In this document: positions 41,901 through 56,200 of the stretch, piece by piece
Layout: every line of letters starts with the position of its first letter
Numbering within the stretch: the first letter of the stretch is position 1
Source: Lytechinus pictus
Taxonomy: Eukaryota
Direction: 5' to 3'
Assembly: GCF_037042905.1 (NCBI RefSeq)
Contig: NC_087249.1
Span: 8,868,001 to 8,932,000, forward strand
Length of the DNA: 64,000 bases
Notes under the pieces: model-generated
The model's input: only the letters and a program-made list of their open reading frames with translations
Told to the model about the DNA's origin: nothing
Database searches by the model: none
Made by a program: the position numbers and the translations under genes

Positions 41901-44900
41901 CATCTGCGACGTATAACCTGACCTTCAAAATGCCATTTTCATGCCCTAAATTCAAATCCGAAATAGCCTTCCTTCAAAAACGTCATATTTATTGAAATGT
42001 AAAGTCAAAAAATCGTAAAATGGCCATAACTTTCTTGTTTTTATTCATTTCGAGCTCATATTTTTAGGAATTGATACTGGTACCATATCATACATAGGAA
42101 TTAGTTTTCACGCATCACTGAATTTCCGTTACTGAAATAGCGCCCTCTAAGGTTTCAAAAACGCTTATCTTTGAATGCTCCTCATTGCGTCATGCATGGC
42201 CAAACCCGTACCCTTTTTTAGATTTAGGGTGTTCAAGATATGCCCTTTCATGCCATTTAGAAAAAAATATACCTTACCGCTGACGAAATATCTGAAAAAT
42301 GTTCCCGAAAATCAGCAAAATACGCAAAAATGCACTATAATGCCAGCACAACTTGAACTTGCTCTTATTTCCTTATTATTTAAGTTTATCCTTTCTAACT
42401 TGGCAGATATGAGTATTGATATATACTTCAACCGTTCGTTAACCTTTTGTGACAGAAATTGACATAGAGCTGACGTCAGCTCAAAATTATTGTGCAAAAC
42501 TGTAATTTTTAATGTCTTTCTTTATATGGCATTTACTTCCGGTCTATTGCTTGCGCAAACATAAAAGTGGTATCAATGTCACCGCATTGGAATGCCCTAT
42601 CCAGTGATACCAAATACGACATAGGTTACAACAGAAAATTTCAAGATAAGCCAATCTGAACACATGGTATACTACTCACAGTGCACACATTATCAACAAC
42701 AGAATTGTACACAATGTCTATGGCATAACGTATTATGCATGCACATCGTTCTGCTATGTACTTTACACTGAGTTACGTTAATGAACTGTCAGGGAAATGT
42801 GTATGCTTATTCATATTACTCTCTGTGTCTTTCTCTCCCTTCTCTCTCTTTTATTTGAGCGGCCATATGGTCTAAAAATGGCCCAATGGACGAAATCCTT
42901 TTGACTTGAGAATGTAACTTCCTATGGAGGACAAAATGTACCAAAATCCACTTTGATTAACATGTAATTTTTGTTAGTCCTCCCCTGCCTCCGCTTCTCA
43001 TCCAAATTCATTCCGATTTGGTAGACATGTTGTCCATGATGCATTATTGTGTACCTCTTATTTCATTTTCTAAAATCATTCATGCATGACAGTGCATGCA
43101 CCATTTTGAGTGAGTGACATCATCATCTCTCTCATTTGGATGTAACTGGCTCGTTCATATCACTCTTTTGTTAAAAATAAGCGAAACTTTGAAATGTCAT
43201 AACTTTCTTTTTTTACATCCGATTTTGATGAAATTTTCAGCATTGTGCTTGTCTGATTTTTCCCTATTGATTCAAATCAACATTTTTCTGAGGTGGACTT
43301 GACCTCTAAATCAGACGCGTCAATGCATGCACATCGTAATGAAACGATTGCAGTTCTAGTCTTCTTCTTCTGCTTCTTCCACAAAATCCCATTTGTTTAA
43401 CACATGGTGTTTGTTAGCTCTGCCCTGGCTCCGTCCCTCATCCAAATTCATCCAAACTTGGTAGACATGTTTTCCAGCATCCCTAGTTGTGCCCCTCGTC
43501 TTCCTTTTTTCAAAATCACTCATGCATGACCATCTAGGCGCCATTTTGTAAATTTCAAGTCCATTTGCATACCATTACTAATCTCGTCCTAACTCCCGCA
43601 TCCTGCATTCTACAGACTTCTAACAAATTGCTATAGATAGTCAAAGAGTTGTTCCATCATTTGCGATGTATAACCTGACCTTCAAAATGCCATCTTCATG
43701 CCCTAAATTCAAATCCGAAATAGCCTTCCTTCAAAAACTTCATATTTATTGAAATGTAAAGTCAAAAAATCGTAAAATGGCCATAACTTTCTAGTTTTTA
43801 TTCAATTCGAGCTCAAATTTTCAGGAATCAATACTGGCAACATATCATACATACGAGTCAGTTTTCACGCATCATTGACCTTCCGGTATTGAAATAGCGC
43901 CCTCTAAAGTTTCAAAAAAGCTTACCTTTGAATGATCCTCATTGGGTCATGCATGGCCAAACCCGTACCCTTTTTTAGATTTAGGGTGTTCAAGATATGC
44001 CCTTTCATGCCATTTAGAAAAATATATACCTTACCACTGACGAAATATCTGAAAAATGCTCCCGAAAATCAGCAAAATACGCAAAAATGCACTATAATGC
44101 CAGCACAACTTCAACTTGCTCTTATTTCCTTATTATTGAAGTTTATCCTTTCTAACTTGGCAGATATGAGTATTGATATATACTTCAACCGTTCGTTAAC
44201 CTTTTGTGACAGAAACTGACATAGAGCTGACGTCAGCTCAAAATTATTGTGCAAAACTGTCATTTTTAATGTCTTTCTTTATATGGCATTTACTTCCGGT
44301 CTATTGCTTGCGCACAAATAAAAGTGGTATCAATGTCACCGCATTGGAATGTTCTTTCCAGTGATACCAAATACGACATAGGTTACAACAGAAAATTTCA
44401 AGATAAGTCAATCTGAACACATGGTATACTTCTCACAATGCACACATTATCAACAACAGAATTGTACTCAATGTCTATGGCATAACGTATTATGCATGCA
44501 CATCGTTCTGCTATGTACTTTACACTGAGTTACGTTAATGAACTGTCAGGGAAATGTGTATGCTTATTCATATTACTCTCTGTGTCTTTCTCTCCCTTCT
44601 CTCTCTTTTTTTTGAGCGGCCATATGGTCTAAAAATGGCCCAATGGACGAAATCCTTTTGACTTGAGAATGTAACTTCCTATGGAGGGCAAAATGTACCA
44701 AAATCCACTTTGATTAACATGTAATTTTTGTTAGTCTTCCCCTGCCTCCGCTCCTCATCCAAATTCATTCCGATTTGGTAGACATGTTGTCCATGATGCA
44801 TTATTGTGTACCTCTTATTTCATTTTCTAAAATCATTCATGCATGACAGTGCATGCACCATTTTGAGTGAGTGACATCATCATCTCTCTCATTTGGATGT

Positions 44901-46162
44901 AACTGGCTCGTTCATATAACTCTTTTGTTAAAAATAAGCGAAACTTTGAAATGTCATAACTTTCTTTTTTTACATCCGATTTTGATGAAATTTTCAGCAT
45001 TGTGCTTGTCTGATTTTTCCCTATTGATTCAAATCAAAATTTCTATGAGGTGGACTTGACCTCTAAATCAGACACGTCAATGCATGCACATCGTAATGAA
45101 ACGATTGCAGTTCTGGGGCCCGTTTCATAAAACTTTTGACTTGCAACTGTAACATCTCCCATATCTATGGCAAATCTTGTTATTGCAATGGCAACTTGTC
45201 ATAGTTGCAAATATCCGTTTCATAAAAGCTATGACAAATTGTTATCGTAAATAAAAATAAATAAATGAAAAATAGTTCGTGAACGAGCCTGATTTGCAGC
45301 TAACAGTCGGTTTTTTTCTTCACACACGTCGTCTGCGATAAAATTTTGATGGTGACAGAATTGAAGTAAAATTTGAATCGGAGATGTAAGTACTTTCTAA
45401 TTATTGTATTTATTCAATTATTACATCATTTGATAAAGTAATAAATAAATCACTTCCGAAAGAATGACATTGATAATACATATCATATTTCCATCGTTTT
45501 CTACGAGGTAAACATGCATTTTGCCCGGGGATATCGTGGAGGCATCATCGAGATGCCGAGTGGTCGCTATCCCGGAGCTTCGGCGTAGTACACGGCAGTA
45601 GTGTTGATGTGTGTGGGGTGGAGCTCGAATGAGCGGCGTTGCGACTTTAGTTGCATCTGTCTTTCTTTCTGACTTTAGTCTTTAATTACCTAATTCAGTG
45701 CGATATGTGAACAGCTGTGTGAGAGTGAGCCTTTATTTTTTTGTGGCTTGGGTTGTTGTGGGCGACAAAAATACAGTCAAGTCTCGAGGAGCATTGATGG
45801 GTGTTGATAGGTGTTCACGCTCATGTTTGGCTTTGGCATATTTTTTTTTTTTTTTTTTTTTTTTTTTGGGGGGGGGGGTGACTGTCACAAATATTGTACT
45901 CTGTAACTGTGAGGGATTGTTTTTCTTATAGTTTTCAGGGGGGGGGTGGGTGGCTTGCGAGTATAAACAGTTTGGTGGCCAGACAGTAATAAAAAAAAAG
46001 GCAAAAAAATTTTTTTGTTGAAAGCTGTGAGTCAGTTAGCAAAAATTTGGGCCTTTTTTAGAGGATCTAAGACAGTACTTCTAGATCTAGACTCTATACA
46101 AAATCTGATTTTGTGATAGATTTCGAGTAACCCAGGCAACTGCGGCCCGCTGTACGGGCTGC

Positions 46163-46205
46163 AGCCCAGGAGCTGTCCGTGTATTACACGGACAGCTCCT
46201 GGGCT
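46163..46205. repeat. Perfect 21-bp-arm palindrome
   Basis: AGCCCAGGAGCTGTCCGTGTA-T-TACACGGACAGCTCCTGGGCT. Confidence 0.95.
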
Positions 46206-46300
46206 AGTTGGCAGACAAATGGGGTAGAATTGTGGTCACCATATCACCCCAAATTAAAGGGGGAAAATTATGCACTTGCCTCTATTACATGGATGAAGAT

Positions 46301-46482
46301 CTATCGAGACACAATACTATCGTCGATGCATAAAGTGTAAGCTCAAAAAAGGCGAAAGTTATGTCGCTTTCGTTCTCCTGCTTTCAAAATTGAAAACAAA
46401 ATGGCAGATCGATACCGGGGCTACTTTTGCTTTTTTGAGCTTACAGTTTATGCATCGACGTTAGGAATGTGTCTCTCAATAG
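46301..46482. repeat. ~60-bp inverted repeat pair (MITE remnant)
   Basis: CGTCGATGCATAAAGTGTAAGCTCAAAAAAG vs CTTTTTTGAGCTTACAGTTTATGCATCGACG. Confidence 0.8.
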
Positions 46483-46551
46483 ACCATTTTTTTTAAAAAT
46501 TTAGACAATACAACACTTCTATGTGTGAATCATATCTAAATGCATAACTAT

Positions 46552-46980
46552 TAGTGTTGTATCCTAGGCTGGGTCAGCCGAGACAGAGACCGCTAAAAAA
46601 ACTTGCATGTTTTTTGTTGAATTCAATTGACCATTGACCCCCCCTCAAGAAAAAAAAATAAATGAATAAATGAATGTAAAAAATTGAAAATAAATAAATA
46701 GAATAAATTAAAAAAACAGGCAAAATATATATATATTACCGGTATATATAATCTATAGAGAGGGGGGGGGGGGTGGGGTGGAATCTAGATCTAATAATAG
46801 TGTGTGCATTAGAAATTCACATTGCGTTGATGATGGACACAATTTATGTGCTGGAAATGACTGCATTTGTCAGGCCTCGGAGCCGAGACATCAAGACAGA
46901 GCGACCGAGGCCGAGAAATAAGGCTTCGAGGCCGAGGACGCAAATTCTGGTCCCGAGGCCGTCCTCGGTACACAACACTG
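46552..46980. mobile_element. hAT-like MITE nested in the Harbinger-like element
   Basis: TIRs TAGTGTTGT / ACAACACTG; 8-bp TSD ATAACTAT / ATAGCTAT; CCGAG subterminal repeats. Confidence 0.75.
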
Positions 46981-47366
46981 ATAGCTATAGAATCAGCATG
47001 CTCTCTATACCCTACAAGATTGATAACAAAGACATATGTGTTTCAACAAGAAATAATTGGTCAACGTATATCTGAATGGGGTATTGTACAGTACTATTGA
47101 TCAACCAATGATACGAGTTGTATTCTGAGATTTAAATCCATGTTCCTCTTTGACCAATGTTGTCAAATAAAAACCTTGCTTTGAGCATAACATCCTCAAG
47201 GTGGTCTGAAATTCTATTAGAAGAAGGTACATGTACTCTTCTGTGGAAGTTCATTTTATGCTTTGACTGCTATATCTACAAGTTTTATTATCAATATACT
47301 AGTGTTCTGAAGTTGATGTGTTAATAATCAAATGTTTTAATGTTTATTCTACTTAAAGCATAATAG

Positions 47367-50200
47367 ATGGCAGCAGGAGCAAATGTTGGTCGTGATGAGG
47401 CATATACCACCATCAACAATGCTGCAATTGCAGTCACCACCACCACTGCTGCCACCACCATCAGTGCTACTAATGCCACCACCACCAAGTCTGCTTCTGC
47501 CACTGCCATCACCATTGCCACCGCCACTACCAAGACCACTCCTGACACAAAGCCCCCAAGTCCTCAACTGACCAGATATTGCAGCTGGAGAAGGATAGAC
47601 CAGGAACTTCAAAGCCAGGGCTTGCCGGTCTCCTACAATAAGAAAAATGCCAAGGGCCCATCTAATGAACTTGTTGCAGAATATTTGGCCACAGTTGTAG
47701 AAAAGCAGTGACTAACATGCAGCCACAGGTAAAAATCAATGTCAGATATGATGGATAGTCTTTGAAATATGGGTTGCAGAATGAATATCAGTAAAACCCA
47801 TCATGATGTGCAATCTGAAAAGGCGGTGGGGGGGGGCTCAAAAATTTTCGCGATAAATCCACAACGTGAAAGATGGTGCCGCGTCATTATATGCCTTTAT
47901 TTTAAAGATTCATGAGTTTTCAGACAAAATTTGTGACACATGGGTACCCGGTTCTGTAATTACGCAACGTTGTGTAAGTACATGTCAGAATTACTTTAAA
48001 ATGTGATTTCATGAACAAATCCAATGCAAATTCTATTTCTAGCCAAAATTCATAATTGTATCATACCGGTAATTTTTATTTTTACTGATTAAAATCAATT
48101 ACTTTCAAGTTGCTTATGATCAGAAAATTTTGTCAACAATATCAAAAAAAAGTAAAAAAAAAAAAACAACAAAGAAATACTTCAGAAAAAAAAAAATACA
48201 GATGAATGGAATTTGATATCATTTAACGTTTATGTGTCTGAACAAAAAAAAAACACTTCAAGGGCTTTGTTTATAGATTTCCAGCAAAATTCTAATTTCA
48301 TGCATGAATAAGTAAAATTTATTAATTACAAATAAATTTGAATAATTTTAGAACGATCAAATATACAATTTTTTCATCTGTGACAGGCATGTTGCATTTT
48401 TTCACAAATGCGCAATTAACGGTCAAGATCTTGAGGGCCCCCACCCCCCCTATCTTTCCTGCCTCCAAAATACCCTGGCAGTCTTATTAGGGTTAGATTA
48501 GGTTTACATTAAAATATAAAATCCTTACAATGGATTTCAGTGGCGTAATGAGCCAAATATTTTGAGAGGGCTAAATATGGCGGATGGAACAAAAGTTCTC
48601 CAAAGATGCAAGAGAGCGAAGGGAGTGAGCAAAATTGTTGAACTTTTAAATACAGAAATCAAATTTTTAGAAAGATTTTGACGTAATCAGAAAATAATAG
48701 ACTATTTCACCCTTTCCCATTCCCTTTTTTTTTCTTGGTCATGAAACATTGGGGGGGGGGGGCATTGCCCCCTCATCTATACACCAGTGATGGATTTAAT
48801 ACTTTTTGCATGTACGATGACAACGCTCTCTCTCTCTCCCTCACCCATCCTCACTACGTGTACATGTGTGTGCAAGATAAATTATGAGGAACAATTGCAT
48901 AGCATATGAAGTGATGTTTCTCAACCAGAGATTCCTTATATATTATCTATTGTTGCATGTTTGCATTTTTGTTCATCATATTAACCCATCTTGATCCCTT
49001 TACCCCCCCCCCCCCCCCCATGATAAAAACTTTCTTTTGATATACATGCAATGTATACATGTGAGAAAGAAAAGTGCCAAACATTTTTTGAAAATTTCAA
49101 TTTAATTTATTCCTTCAGGTGAGGCTTTGTCCACATTTCCAGATAGACACAAGATAGTATCAGAAAGCCATGCCAAAATCAACGACTGAAGGGTTTGGAG
49201 AGCCATACAAAGAGCCTAGAAATGTGATTTCACCTGTAAGTTAAACACTCTTGATTATAATTCTGATTCACTTTGGCATAGGAAGTATGTCACATGATAA
49301 CAATTTGAATGATTTTTGTCTTCTTGATTTGCTCTTCGTCAAGAATCCAGTCCATATTTTAGAATTAAACTCTTAAGTTCAAGGTGTTAAATTGATATAT
49401 ATTTCTTTTACAGCTGCAAAAACAACAAACCAATATCAATCATTGGTAGATAATGTGACTTGCTTTCTCTTGCCAAAGTGGTACATGAATATTCTGCATT
49501 TCTATAATTATTGACCCCCACCACTACCACCTAAGATGCAACATGCCAAATTACTGCAAAGACATAGATGCTAGTTATTCACTTCATCATATTTTTAATT
49601 ATTAATTTGTCAGCAAAGGAGTAATAGGACTCGGGTAGATTACCCGAGTAGCTCACATATTTTTTTTTTACTGGTAGACCCTTTACATTCATTTGTTGAA
49701 TTGAGTTGATGCAAAATCAACTGAATGTAATGAGTACAAAAGCCTGTTAATAAACCTTACTAGGTGAGGCTATTCTGGTAGATCATCCCGGGGGGCGCCT
49801 GAGGATCTTGTCCATTTGGAGAAATCTTGCAAAGTATCGAAAGGTGCCTCCACCCCCCCCCCCCCCCAGTCTATTAAGGGTTAACAATGAAAATGAAATT
49901 AGGAATAACTTTGGTATCTTGCTTATATGCATTATAAATTAATTTCTATTTCAGGTACTTCAATCACATGAACAGCAGCAGGAGCAAAAACAGCAGCAAC
50001 CACACAGGAGATGTAACGACAGCATTGACCAACAGCAACAACAACAGCAGCATAAACAATTTCTGCAGGAGGTGCAAAAACCACACCGGCAACCTCAACA
50101 ACATCAAGATGTCCAACAACCACTCCGGGAACATTAACAGCAACCACAACTTCAGCAAGAGTTTCAACAAGCACATCAGCAAAAACCAACAGCACTTATG
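47367..50200 (+). pseudogene. Decayed multi-exon gene remnant with Thr/Ala-rich low-complexity exons inside the TIR element
   Basis: ORF 47367-47711 then AG|GTAAAA donor near 47728; AG-acceptor segment ~49119-49235 ending GTAAG; TTTCAG|G near 49955 followed by a Thr/Ala-rich frame with stops. Confidence 0.4.
48538..48789. mobile_element. hAT-like MITE
   Basis: TIRs CAGTGGCGTA / TACACCAGTG; perfect 8-bp TSD ATGGATTT at 48530-48537 and 48790-48797. Confidence 0.85.
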
Positions 50201-53200
50201 AAATGAATTTAATTGAAACTCAAAAGCCAATGAGGAAACATCTTTTACAAAATGAGACATCATTTGTTCATTCTTTTACAGGATAAAGGAAAGCTTTTTT
50301 GAAAGTGTAAATTTGCAGGAACACAATGTATGTTCCCTCTGTATCTATTTATTGAAATAAATTTGACTTAAAAAAGAATGAATGATGATTCAATAAAGAT
50401 CTACTTTTTATTTGTCAATGAGTAAAAATACATGTATTTTCTATTTAGAATGACAAAAAGCAATTTATCAAATCAAAATCATCAAAAAATTGACCAATAT
50501 GGCTCTTAGGCCCTCAAAATTGTTGGTATTTTGATGAAAAAGCTGTTTCTGCGGCAATATTTGACACAGCTCAAATAGCTGCGTCAAATTTGCCGCAGAA
50601 ATTGTCATTTGCCGCAGCTCCTTGAGCTGCGTCAAATATTGCCGCTGAAATTGTCATTTGCCGCAGAAAGTATCTGCGGCAAAGTTTTATGAAACGGAAA
50701 CTTGACGCTGTTTTAAGATTTGCCGCAGAAACACAGATTTGCCGCAGAAAATGGGAGTTGCCGCTGCGGCAAATGTTTTATGAAACGGGCCCCTAGTCTT
50801 CTTCTTCTTCTTCTTCTGCTTCTTCCACAAAATCCCATTTGTTTAACACATGGTGTTTGTTAGCTCTGCCCTGGCTCCGTCCCTCATCCAAATTCATCCA
50901 AACTTGGTAGACATGTTGTCCAGCATCCCTAGTTGTGCCCCTCGTCTTCATTTTTTCAAAATCACTCATGCATGACCATCTAGGCGCCATTTTGTAAATT
51001 TCAAGTCCATTTGCATACCATTACTAATCTCGTCCTAACTCCCGCATCCTGCATTCTACAGACTTCTAACAAATTGCTATAGATAGTCAAAGAGTTGTTC
51101 CATCATTTGCGACGTATAACCTGACCTTCAAAATGCCATCTTCATGCCCTAAATTCAAATCCGAAATAGCCTTCCTTCAAAAACGTCATATTTATTGAAA
51201 TGTAAAGTCAAAAAATCGTAAAATGGCCATAACTTTCTTGTTTTTGTTCATTTCGAGCTCATATTTTCAGGAGTTGATACTGGTACAATATCATACATAG
51301 GAATTAGTTTTCACGCATCACTAAATTTCCGTTACTGAAATAGCGCCCTCTAAAGTTTCAAAAACGCTTATCTTTGAATGCTCCTCATTGCGTCATGCAT
51401 GGCCAAACCCGTACCTTTTTTTAGATTTAGGGTGTTCAAGATATGCCCTTTCATGCCATTTAGAAAAAAATATACCTTACCACTGACGAAATATCTGAAA
51501 AATGCTCCCGAAAATCAGCAAAATACGCAAAAATGCACTATAATGCCAGCACAACTTCAACTTGCTCTTATTTCCTTATTATTGAAGTTTATCCTTTCTA
51601 ACTTGGCAGATATGAGTATTGATATATACTTCAACCGTTCGTTAACCTTTTGTGACAGAAACTGACATAGAGCTGACGTCAGCTCAAAATTATTGTGCAA
51701 AACTGTCATTTTTAATGTCTTTCTTTATATGGCATTTACTTCCGGTCTATTGCTTGCGCAAAAATAAAAGTGGTATCAATGTCACCGCATTGGAATGCCC
51801 TATCCAGTGATACCAAATACGACATAGGTTACAACAGAAAATTTCAAGATAAGCCAATCTGAACACATGGTATACTACTCACAGTGCACATATTATCAAC
51901 AACAGAATTGTACACAATGTCTATGGCATAACGTATTATGCATGCACATCGTTCTGCTATGTACTTTACACTGAGTTACGTTAATGAACTGTCAGGGAAA
52001 TGTGTATGCTTATTCATATTACTCTCTGTGTCTTTCTCTCCCTTCTCTCTCTTTTATTTGAGCGGCCATATGGTCTAAAAATGGCCCAATGGACGAAATC
52101 CTTTTGACTTGAGAATGTAACTTCCTATGGAGGGCAAAATGTACCAAAATCCACTTTGATTAACATGTAATTTTTGTTAGTCCTCCCCTGCCTCCGCTCC
52201 TCATCCAAATTCATTCCTATTTGGTAGACATGTTGTCCATGATGCATTATTGTGTACCTCTTATTTCATTTTCTAAAATCATTCATGCATGACAGTGCAT
52301 GCACCATTTTGAGTGAGTGACATCATCATCTCTCTCATTTGGATGTAACTGGCTCGTTCATATAACTATTTTGTTAAAAATAAGCGAAACTTTGAAATGT
52401 CATAACTTTCTTATTTTACATCCGATTTTGATGAAATTTTCAGCATTGTGCTTGTCTGATTTTTCCCTATTGATTCCAATCAATATTTTTCTGAGGTTGA
52501 CTTGACCTTTCAATCAGACACGTCAATGCATGCACATCGTTCGGAAACGATTGCAGTTCTAGTTGCATTGACGCCCACTGGCGACAATGCATTGTTCTTG
52601 TTCCGTATTCCTATTCCGTCGTCTTCTTCTTTGCATTGACGCCCACTGGCGACAATGCATTGTTCTTGTTCCGTATTCCTATTCCGTCGTCTTCTTCTTC
52701 TTCTTCTTCCACCAAATCCCATTTGTTTAACACATGGTTTTTGTTAGCTCTACCCTGGCTCCGTCCCTCATCCAAATTCATCCAAACTTTGTAGACATGT
52801 CGTCAAGCATCCCTAGTTGTGCACCTCGTCTTCTATTTTCCAAAATCACTCATGCATGACCATCAAGGCGCCATTTTGTAAATTTCAAGTCCATTTGCAT
52901 ACCATTACTAATCTCGTCCTAACTCCCGCATCCTGCATGCTACAGACTTCTAACAAATTGCTATAGATAGTCAAAGAGTTGCTCCATCATTTGCGACGTA
53001 TAATTTGACCTTCAAAATGCCATCTTCATGCCCTAAATTCAAATCCGAAATAGCCTTCCTTCAAAAACGTAATATTTATTGAAATGTAAAGTCAAAAAAT
53101 CGTAAAATGGCCATAACTTTCTTGTTTTTATTCATTTCGAGCTCATATTTTCAGGAATTGATACTGGTAACATATCATACATAGGACTTAGTTTTCACGC

Positions 53201-56200
53201 ATCACTGAATTTCCGTTACTGAAATAGCGCCCTCTAAAGTTTCAAAAACGCTTATCTTTGAATGCTCCTCATTGCGTCATGCATGGCCAAACCCGTACCC
53301 TTTTTTAGATTTAGGGTGTTCAAGATATGCCCTTTCATGCCATTTAGAAAAAAATATACCTTACCACTGACGAAATATCTGAAAAATGCTCCCGAAAATC
53401 AGCAAAATACGCAAAAATGCACTATAATGCCAGCACAACTTCAACTTGCTCTTATTTCCTTATTATAGAAGCTTATCCTTTCTAACTTGGCAGAAATGAG
53501 TATTGATATATACTATAACCGTTCGTCAACCTTTTGTAACAGAATCTGACAAAAATCTGACGTCAGCTTAAAATTATTGTGCAAAACCTTCATTTTTAAT
53601 GTTTTTCTTTATATGGCATTTACTTCCGGTCTATTGCTTGAGCACAAATAAAAGTGGTATCAATGTCACCGCATTGGAATGCTCTATCCAGTGATACCAA
53701 ATATGACATAGGTTACAACAGAAAATTTCAAGATAAGCCAATCTGAACACTGGTATACTACTCACGATGCATACATTATCAATAACAGAATTGTACACAA
53801 TGTCTATGGCATAACGTATTATGCATGCACATCGTTCTGGTACGTACTTTACACTGAGTTACGTTAATGAACTCTCAGAGAAATTTGTACGCTTATTCAT
53901 ATCACTCTCTCTGTGTCTTTCTCTCCTTTCTCTCTCTTCGTTGAGCGGCCATATGGTCTAAAAATGGACGAAATCTGTTTAGCTCGAGAATGTAACTTCC
54001 TATGGAGGGCAAAATGTACCAAAATCCACTTTGATTAACATGTAATTTTTGTTGGTCCTCCCCTGCCTCCGCTCCTCATCCAAATTCATTCCGATTTGGT
54101 AGACATGTTGTCCATGATTCATTATTGTGTACCTCTTATTTCATTTTCTAAAATCATTCATGCATGACAGTGCATGCACCATTTTGAGTGAGTGACATCA
54201 TCATCTCTCTCATTTGCATGTTACTGGCTCGTTCATATAACTATTTTGTTAGAAATAAGCGAAACTTTGAAATGTCATAACTTTCTTATTTTACATCCGA
54301 TTTTGATGAAATTTTCAGCATTGTGCTTGTCTGATTTTTCCCTATTGATTCAAATCAACATTTTTCTGAGGTAGACTTGACCTCTAAATCAGACGCGTCA
54401 ATGCATGCACATCGTAATGAAACGATTGCAGTTCTAGTCTTCTTCTTCTTCTTCTTCTTCCACAAAATCCCATTTGTTTAACACATGGTGTTTGTTAGCT
54501 CTGCCCTGGCTCCGTCCCTCGTCCAAATTCATCCAAACTTGGTAGACATGTTGTCCAGCATCCCTAGTTCTGCCCCTTGTCTTCCTTTTTTCAAAATCAC
54601 TCATGCATGACCATCTAGGCGCCATTTTGTAAATTTCAAGTCCATTTGCATACCATTACTAATCTCGTCCTAACTCCCGCATCCTGCATTCTACAGACTT
54701 CTAACAAATTGCTATAGATAGTCAAAGAGTTGCCCCATCATTTGCGACGTATAACCTGACCTTCAAAATGCCATCTTCATGCCCTAAATTCAAATCCGAA
54801 ATAGCCTTCCTTCAAAAACGTCATATTTATTGAAATGTAAAGTCAAAAAATCGTAAAATGGCCATAACTTTCTTGTTTTTATTCATTTCGAGCTCATATT
54901 TAGAGGAATTGATACTGGTACCACATCATACATAGGAATTAGTTTTCACGCATCACTGAATTTCCGTTACTGAAATAGCGCCCTCTAAAGTTTCAAAAAC
55001 ACTTATCTTTGAATGCTCCTCATTGCGTCATGCATGGCCAAACCCGTACCCTTTTTTAGATTTAGGGTGTTCAAGATATGCCCTTTCATGCCATTTAGAA
55101 AAAAATATACCTTACCACTGACGAAATATCTGAAAAATGCTCCCGAAAATCAGCAAAATACGCAAAAATGCACTATAATGCCAGCACAACTTGAACTTGC
55201 TCTTATTTCCTTATTATTGAAGTTTATCCTTTCTAACTTGGCAGATATGAGTATTGATATATACTTCAACCGTTCGTTAACCTTTTGTGACAGAAACTGA
55301 CATAGAGCTGACGTCAGCTCAAAATTATTGTGCAAAACTGTCATTTTTAATGTCTTTCTTTATATGGCATTTACTTCCGGTCTATTGCTTGCGCAAAAAT
55401 AAAAGTGGTATCAATGTCACCGCATTGAAATGCCCTATCCAGTGATACCAAATACGACATAGGTTACAACAGAAAATTTCAAGATAAGCCAATCTGAACA
55501 CATGGTATACTACTCACAGTGCACACATTATCAACAACAGAATTGTACACAATGTCTATGGCATAACGTATTATGCATGCACATCGTTCTGCTATGTACT
55601 TTACACTGAGTTACGTTAATGAACTGTCAGGGAAATGTGTATGCTCATTCATATTACTCTCTGTGTCTTTCTCTCCCTTCTCTCTCTTTTTTTTGAGCGG
55701 CCATATGGTCTAAAGATGGCCCAATGGACGAAATCCTTTTGACTTGACAATGTAACTTCCTATGGAGGGCAAAATTTACCAAAATCCACTTTGATTAACA
55801 TGTAATTTTTGTTAGTCCTCCCCTGCCTCCGCTCCTCATCCAAATTCATTCCGATTTGGTAGACATGTTGTCCATGATGCATTATTGTGTACCTCTTATT
55901 TCATTTTCTAAAATCATTCATGCATGACAGTGCATGCACCATTTTGAGTGAGTGACATCATCATCTCTCTCATTTGGATGTAACTGGCTCGTTCATATAA
56001 CTCTTTTGTTAAAAATAAGCGAAACTTTGAAATGTCATAACTTTCTTTTTTTACATCCGATTTCGATGAAATTTTCAGCATTGTGCTTGTCTGCTTTTTC
56101 CCTATTGAATCAAATCAACATTTTTATGAGGTGGACTTGACCTCTAAATCAGACACGTCAATGCATGCACATCGTAATGAAACGATTGCAGTTCTAGTTG

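Larger units (their letters stand above)
45116..50792. mobile_element. 5.7-kb non-autonomous PIF/Harbinger-like TIR transposon inserted in a CTAG terminus
   Basis: 18-bp perfect TIR GGGCCCGTTTCATAAAAC / GTTTTATGAAACGGGCCC; flanks CTG and CTA (imperfect 3-bp TSD); inner TIR echoes at 45215-45227 and 50685-50697; TTTGCCGCAG subterminal repeats. Confidence 0.85.

Noticed and set aside
47790..48496. Additional TTAACCCT-type MITE fragments (also ~49750-49884) and a hAT-like fragment at ~61995-62244
   Set aside because: Only one end is convincing in each case and there is no clear TSD, so boundaries are unsupported
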